DNA of 64,000 nucleotides from an uncultured Pseudomonadota bacterium (GTDB taxonomy: Bacteria; Pseudomonadota; Gammaproteobacteria; Burkholderiales; SG8-39), in contig CAIKRR010000059.1 in the NCBI GenBank assembly GCA_903829815.1, positions 15,624 to 79,623 of the forward strand, in the 5' to 3' direction. The notes under the pieces were generated by a model, which was given only the letters and a program-made list of their open reading frames with translations, had not been told where the DNA came from and did no database searches. Shown here in pieces: positions 59,737-64,000 of the stretch. How positions within the stretch are numbered: position 1 is the stretch's first letter; each line of letters begins with the position of its first letter. The position numbers and the translations under genes were made by a program.

Positions 59737-60207
59737 CTATTCGCGGTGGTAGGGGTGATTGTCGAGAATGGAACGTGCCCGGTAGATCTGCTCGACGAGG
59801 AGCACCCGGGCCATGGCGTGGGGCAGCGTGAATGCAGACAGCTGCAAGGCGAGCGTGGCGGTGGCTTTCAGCGCCGGATCGAGCCCGTCGGGTCCGCCGA
59901 TGAGAAAGGCCTGGTCACGCCCCTCGGCGAGCCAGCCCTCGAGTGCGCTGGCCAGACGCCGGGTCGTCCAGGCAGCACCCCTCTCGTCGAGCACGATGCG
60001 CCCGGCGCCAGCCGGGATCGCCGCCTCGATGCGGCGCGCCTCTGCGGCCATCATCTGCGCTGGCGTACGCCCACCACGGCGCGGTTCGGCACCAACCTCG
60101 ATCAGTTCGAGCGGCGTGGCCCGACCCAGGCGCTTGCGATACTCGTCGACTGCCTCCTGCGCCCAACCAGGCAGACGCTGGCCCACAGCCACAATGAGCA
60201 GGCGCAC
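59737..60207 (-). CDS. rlmH: 23S rRNA (pseudouridine1915-N3)-methyltransferase
   Basis: 156-aa SPOUT-fold protein. C-terminal NHPYHRE motif. Confidence 0.92.
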   Translation of the reverse strand: MRLLIVAVGQRLPGWAQEAVDEYRKRLGRATPLELIEVGAEPRRGGRTPAQMMAAEARRIEAAIPAGAGRIVLDERGAAWTTRRLASALEGWLAEGRDQAFLIGGPDGLDPALKATATLALQLSAFTLPHAMARVLLVEQIYRARSILDNHPYHRE

Positions 60208-60222
60208 TACGAGCGATCAGGC

Positions 60223-60921
60223 TCAGGCGGCACCGCGCGAACTGGCTGACTTTCGCGCCACTGTCTTTCGCGCCACTGTCTTTCGCGGCGCAGTCTTGCG
60301 GGCAGGCGACTTGCGAGCAGGCGAGGTACGGGTTGCAGTGCCTGGTGCCGCAGTCCGTGCCGGGGTCTTGCGCGCAGGCGCTGCGCTGGCCGCATAAGCA
60401 CCAGCCGCCCCTTCCCGGGCGGGTCGCTTGCGTGCAGCAGCGCCAGCGGTACCCGTTGCAGCGCGGGCAGGCGCGGCCTTGCTGGGTGTCTTCCTCGCAG
60501 CCTTGCTGGCAGCGCTCGCCACACCCGTTTTGGCAGCCGCCTTCTTGGCACCGGTACGCTTGCGTGTCGGGCCAGCCGGCTCGACATGATCGGCAATGGG
60601 TTTGTGACCCCAGAGCTCTTCGAGGTTGTAGTACTTGCGGATGGCCGGATGCATGACATGCACGACAACATCGCCTGTGTCGACCAGCACCCACTCGCCT
60701 TCCTGTTCTCCCTCCATCCCGTGGACGCGCTCACCCATTTCGCGCATGCGGTCGTGGACACTGCGCGCAAGAGACTTCACCTGACGGGTCGAATCTCCGG
60801 TGGCAATGACGACGCGGTCGAACTCCGGTGTGAGATGACTCACGTCGAACGCGACGATCTCCTTGCCCTTGACGTCCTCGAGCGCGTCGATGATAGCCTT
60901 CTGCTTCTTGCGGATGTCCAA
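60223..60921 (-). CDS. rsfS: ribosome silencing factor RsfS with a long polycationic Ala/Lys/Arg/Pro-rich C-terminal extension
   Basis: Core AIIDALEDVKGKEIVAFDV...DRVVIATGDSTRQVKSLA...WVLVDTGDVVVHVMHP..RKYYNLEELW, followed by a ~127-aa ARKT/PARK-repeat tail. Start uncertain: TTG 60921 or TTG 60984. Confidence 0.85.
   Translation of the reverse strand: MDIRKKQKAIIDALEDVKGKEIVAFDVSHLTPEFDRVVIATGDSTRQVKSLARSVHDRMREMGERVHGMEGEQEGEWVLVDTGDVVVHVMHPAIRKYYNLEELWGHKPIADHVEPAGPTRKRTGAKKAAAKTGVASAASKAARKTPSKAAPARAATGTAGAAARKRPAREGAAGAYAASAAPARKTPARTAAPGTATRTSPARKSPARKTAPRKTVARKTVARKSASSRGAA
60251..60325. repeat. five tandem 15-bp units inside the rsfS tail
   Basis: tttcgcgccactgtc twice (identical), then tttcgcggcgcagtc, ttgcgggcaggcgac and ttgcgagcaggcgag. 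They encode pentapeptide repeats (P)ARK(S/T)x. Confidence 0.8.
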
Positions 60922-61029
60922 TCTGGGATGACCTCGGATGGGGAGTCGAGCCCGACTATAAGCGACATTGGCCAGAGGCACCAATGAGCATGCGCAGACC
61001 CACAGTGGAAGCCCGGCCCCGGCAGGCGG

Positions 61030-61725
61030 TCAGACACGACTGCCCCGCTCGCCCACGCTCTGGTAGAGGCGGTGTCGAACCGCATAGTCACGCACTGACT
61101 CGGGCATCAGGTACCGGGTACTTGACCCGTCAGCAAGCAGAGACCGGATCCGGGTTGCCGAAATATCCAGTGCGGTGATCGGCTGGAAATAGAGCGATCC
61201 GCAAGGCCGGGCGTGCAGATCGGCCCTCGAGCGGGTGACCCGAGGCCACCAGAAATCGCGCAGCGGCCCGTCCAGGTTGTCGAACCCGTCGTGACCGGGG
61301 CGTGTGGTCACCACCAGGTGGGTGAGCGCAGCAAACGCCTGCCAGCGATGCCACCGCGCAAAGCCGGCAAAGGCATCTGCCCCCATCAGGAGTGCAATCC
61401 CGCGCGCCGGGCCGATGGCGGCACGAATGGCTTGCAGCGTAAGGACGGTGTAACTCGCCGTGGGTGAACCTGACGCGTCGGCCGCCCGCACCTCGCAATC
61501 ATCGACGGTGAGGCGCGGATTGCCTTCAATGGCCAGACGGACCATCGCCAGCCGATCGGCGGCACTGGCGGCCGGTGCGCCGCGATGGGGCGGCGTGCCC
61601 GACGGAATGAGCCGCAGTTCGGCAATGTCCAGCGCGTCGCCGACCTCTTCGGCCAGGCGCAGGTGTCCGAAATGGATCGGGTCGTAGGTTCCGCCCAGAA
61701 TGCCGAGCAGTGCGGGAGGATCCAT
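61030..61725 (-). CDS. nadD: nicotinate-nucleotide adenylyltransferase
   Basis: GILGGTYDPIHFGHLRLAEE motif. Start at ATG 61725 (MDPPALLG), or alternatively GTG 61740. Confidence 0.9.
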   Translation of the reverse strand: MDPPALLGILGGTYDPIHFGHLRLAEEVGDALDIAELRLIPSGTPPHRGAPAASAADRLAMVRLAIEGNPRLTVDDCEVRAADASGSPTASYTVLTLQAIRAAIGPARGIALLMGADAFAGFARWHRWQAFAALTHLVVTTRPGHDGFDNLDGPLRDFWWPRVTRSRADLHARPCGSLYFQPITALDISATRIRSLLADGSSTRYLMPESVRDYAVRHRLYQSVGERGSRV

Positions 61726-61827
61726 GCGGGACAGGGTCACGACCGTGTCCTTCGGCTGCGTGGGTGCACGCCGGTGTCACACCTTATCCAGTAGCATTCG
61801 GGCACGTTCATACCTCCTGGAACTCCG

Positions 61828-62412
61828 GTGAAGCCCTTCGGCGTCTGCCTCTTCTGCTCGGCCTCGGTCAGCCTGCCGGAGCCTTATTTTGACCTCGCAC
61901 GCCGATTTGGAGAAGGCGTCGCATCCCGCGGTTGGCAACTGGTCTACGGTGGCGGAGGCAATGGTCTCATGGGTGCGGCCGCCCGTGCGGCCTGGGCGGG
62001 GGGCGCACCGGTGCTGGGCGTGATGCCTCAGGTGCTGGTGACACGCGAACGGCTGGCCTTGTCGATCGGTGAAAACCAGATCGTCGACGGCATGGCCGAA
62101 CGCAAGCTGCAGATGGCACTGGCCTCGGACGCCTTTGTCGGTCTGCCCGGTGGTATTGGCACGCTGGACGAAGTGAGCGAGATGATCACCTGGAACGAAC
62201 TGGGCATCCACACCAAACCGATGATCCTGGTGAACGAATTCGGGTTCTGGGACCCTTTGCTCGAGTTCTTCAGCCGGGGCCGGCAAAGCAACGTCTTCAG
62301 GGCCGACTTCAGTCGCCACTACAGCGTGGTTCCCACCATCGAGGCGCTGCTTGCTGAGCTCGAGGGCGTTGCGACCACCCGCGACGCAGGCGCGCGCGGC
62401 ACGCCCGACTAG
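61828..62412 (+). CDS. LOG-family (TIGR00730-type) Rossmann-fold nucleotide hydrolase
   Basis: 194 aa, GTG start. [10 protein letters not shown] and PGGIGTLDE motifs. Confidence 0.85.
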   Translation: MKPFGVCLFCSASVSLPEPYFDLARRFGEGVASRGWQLVYGGGGNGLMGAAARAAWAGGAPVLGVMPQVLVTRERLALSIGENQIVDGMAERKLQMALASDAFVGLPGGIGTLDEVSEMITWNELGIHTKPMILVNEFGFWDPLLEFFSRGRQSNVFRADFSRHYSVVPTIEALLAELEGVATTRDAGARGTPD

Positions 62413-63665
62413 CTGCGTACCTGACCGTCGCCCAGCACCACGAACTTCTGCGAGGTGAGCCCCTCCAGCCCGACCGGACCGCGAGCATGGAGCTTGTCGG
62501 TCGAAATGCCGATTTCGGCACCCAGGCCGTATTCAAATCCATCGGCAAAGCGGGTCGAGGCATTCACCATCACCGAGCTGGAATCGACTTCGCGCAGAAA
62601 GCGCTCGGCTCGAGCCGGGTCTTCAGTGACGATGGCGTCGGTGTGCGCAGAACCATGGCGCGCGATGTGATCCATGGCCTCGTCGATCCCGGTGACCACC
62701 CGCACCGACAGGATCGGTGCCAGATATTCGGTGCCCCAGTCAGCCTCGGTGGCTGACCCCATGCCTGGCACCAGCGCGCGGGCAGCCTGGTCGCCACGCA
62801 ACTCGACCCCTTTGCCCTGATAGATCGCCGCCAGTGGCGGCAGCACACGCGCCGCGATGGCCTCATCGATCAGCAGCGTTTCCATCGTGTTGCAGGTGCC
62901 ATAGCGCTGGGTCTTGGCATTGTCGGCGATGCGGATCGCCTTGTCGGGATCGGCGGCAGCGTCGATGTAGACATGGCAGACGCCATCGAGGTGCTTGATC
63001 ATCGGAATCTGCGACTCGGCGATGATGCGCGCGATGAGCGACTTGCCCCCACGTGGAATGATGATGTCGACGAACTCGCGCAATCGCAACAACTCACCCA
63101 CCGCGGCACGATCGGTCGTACCCACGAGTTGAACGGCATCGCTGGGCAGCCCGGCCGAGCGCAAGCCGGCCTGCACGCACTCGGCGATCGCCTGGTTGGA
63201 GCGAACCGCTTCAGAGCCACCACGCAGGATGACTGCATTGCCCGACTTCAGGCAGAGCGCCGAGGCATCAGCCGTCACGTCGGGGCGCGATTCGTAGATG
63301 ATGCCGATCACCCCGAGCGGAACCCGCATGCGCCCCACCCGGATGCCGCTGGGACGTTGGGCCAGATCAGTGATGTGACCAATGGGGTCATCGAGCGAGG
63401 CCACCTGCTCGACCCCTTGCGCCATCTCCTCAACGGCACGCGCATCGAGCGTGAGTCGATCGACAAAAGCGGCATCTGCCCCACTTGTACGTGCGGCCGC
63501 CAGATCGGCCTGGTTGGCCTCGATGAGCGAGGGCGCGGCCGAGCGCAGTGCGGCGGCGATGGCAATGAGCGCCCGATTCTTCGACGCGGTATCGGCACGG
63601 GCGAGCACACGCGCCGCAGCGCGGGCGCGACGTCCCATGTCCTGCATCAGGTGCGCGACGTCCAT
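62409..63665 (-). CDS. proA: glutamate-5-semialdehyde dehydrogenase (gamma-glutamyl phosphate reductase)
   Basis: 418 aa from the ATG at 63665. [13 protein letters not shown]..., a NAxTQRxGxCNxxExLL-type region ([18 protein letters not shown]), and HGSAHTD. Confidence 0.93.
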   Translation of the reverse strand: MDVAHLMQDMGRRARAAARVLARADTASKNRALIAIAAALRSAAPSLIEANQADLAAARTSGADAAFVDRLTLDARAVEEMAQGVEQVASLDDPIGHITDLAQRPSGIRVGRMRVPLGVIGIIYESRPDVTADASALCLKSGNAVILRGGSEAVRSNQAIAECVQAGLRSAGLPSDAVQLVGTTDRAAVGELLRLREFVDIIIPRGGKSLIARIIAESQIPMIKHLDGVCHVYIDAAADPDKAIRIADNAKTQRYGTCNTMETLLIDEAIAARVLPPLAAIYQGKGVELRGDQAARALVPGMGSATEADWGTEYLAPILSVRVVTGIDEAMDHIARHGSAHTDAIVTEDPARAERFLREVDSSSVMVNASTRFADGFEYGLGAEIGISTDKLHARGPVGLEGLTSQKFVVLGDGQVRS

Positions 63666-63762
63666 CAAGGAATCCTGTGAGCGGTGAGGCAGGAGTCTGA
63701 TTCTAAACTGCAGGCAGGTGCCTGAACCACGGATGAAGATGGATCGTCGGGCGCCAGAATCT

Positions 63763-64000
63763 TCAGAGGGCCAGCGCCAGCAAGGTGATCTCCTCCCATG
63801 CATTGCCCTGGGCCACCCCCTTCACCACCCGCTCGCAGTGGGCCGCCCGGTGCAGCGCCTGCCCGAGCCGCTCGCCATCGAGACGTCGCGCCGCACGCGA
63901 AACACCCTGCTGACGTGCCGGGCCAAACACCCGGGCCTCACGCAACGCATCGTTGGGCGATCGACCGCGGGCCACCGCCGACGCCACCAGCCATACGGCA
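63763..64000 (-). CDS. holA: DNA polymerase III delta subunit, C-terminal part (gene continues past the right edge)
   Basis: The C-terminal sequence ...[22 protein letters not shown]...[11 protein letters not shown]...[11 protein letters not shown] resembles the HolA C-terminus. It sits upstream of proA, as in many beta-proteobacteria. Recognition is by weak motif and synteny only. Confidence 0.55.
   Translation of the reverse strand, partial: AVWLVASAVARGRSPNDALREARVFGPARQQGVSRAARRLDGERLGQALHRAAHCERVVKGVAQGNAWEEITLLALAL

Overview
High-GC (roughly 65-67%) chromosomal segment with a beta-proteobacterial gene order (Burkholderiales/Rhodocyclales-like). I support about 60 protein-coding genes. 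I saw no rRNA, tRNA, CRISPR array or intact IS element. Left third (1-15.4 kb): accessory catabolic and transport genes. These are an LLM monooxygenase, two alpha/beta hydrolases, four Bug/TctC-family binding proteins, an MFS transporter, an orphan molybdo-hydroxylase large subunit, a TauD dioxygenase, a MOSC protein, an MBL hydrolase, and an HTTM-domain pair. 15.4-17.7 kb: a low-GC islet of about 2.3 kb sitting exactly at the 3' end of glmS. Remainder: core housekeeping blocks. These are glmUS; gltBD; aroKB; pilMNOPQ divergent from mrcA; lptM-lysA; msrPQ; cytochrome c4 divergent from engB; hemB; a livKHMGF-type ABC transporter; rng-maf-rlmH-rsfS-nadD; proA; and the holA 3' end. The best leads are as follows. 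(1) The glmS-associated islet is bounded by a duplicated copy of the glmS stop-codon region. It carries a 35%-GC WbsX/GH99-like gene, a recombinase-like remnant and two orphan small ORFs around a palindrome. (2) A translationally coupled single-TM protein plus HTTM-protein pair resembles the SdpA/SdpB peptide-maturation module, with small membrane and lipoprotein genes downstream. (3) RsfS carries a ~127-aa polycationic Ala/Arg/Lys/Pro tail encoded partly by 15-bp tandem repeats. Function calls come from motif recognition by eye. No database search was run.
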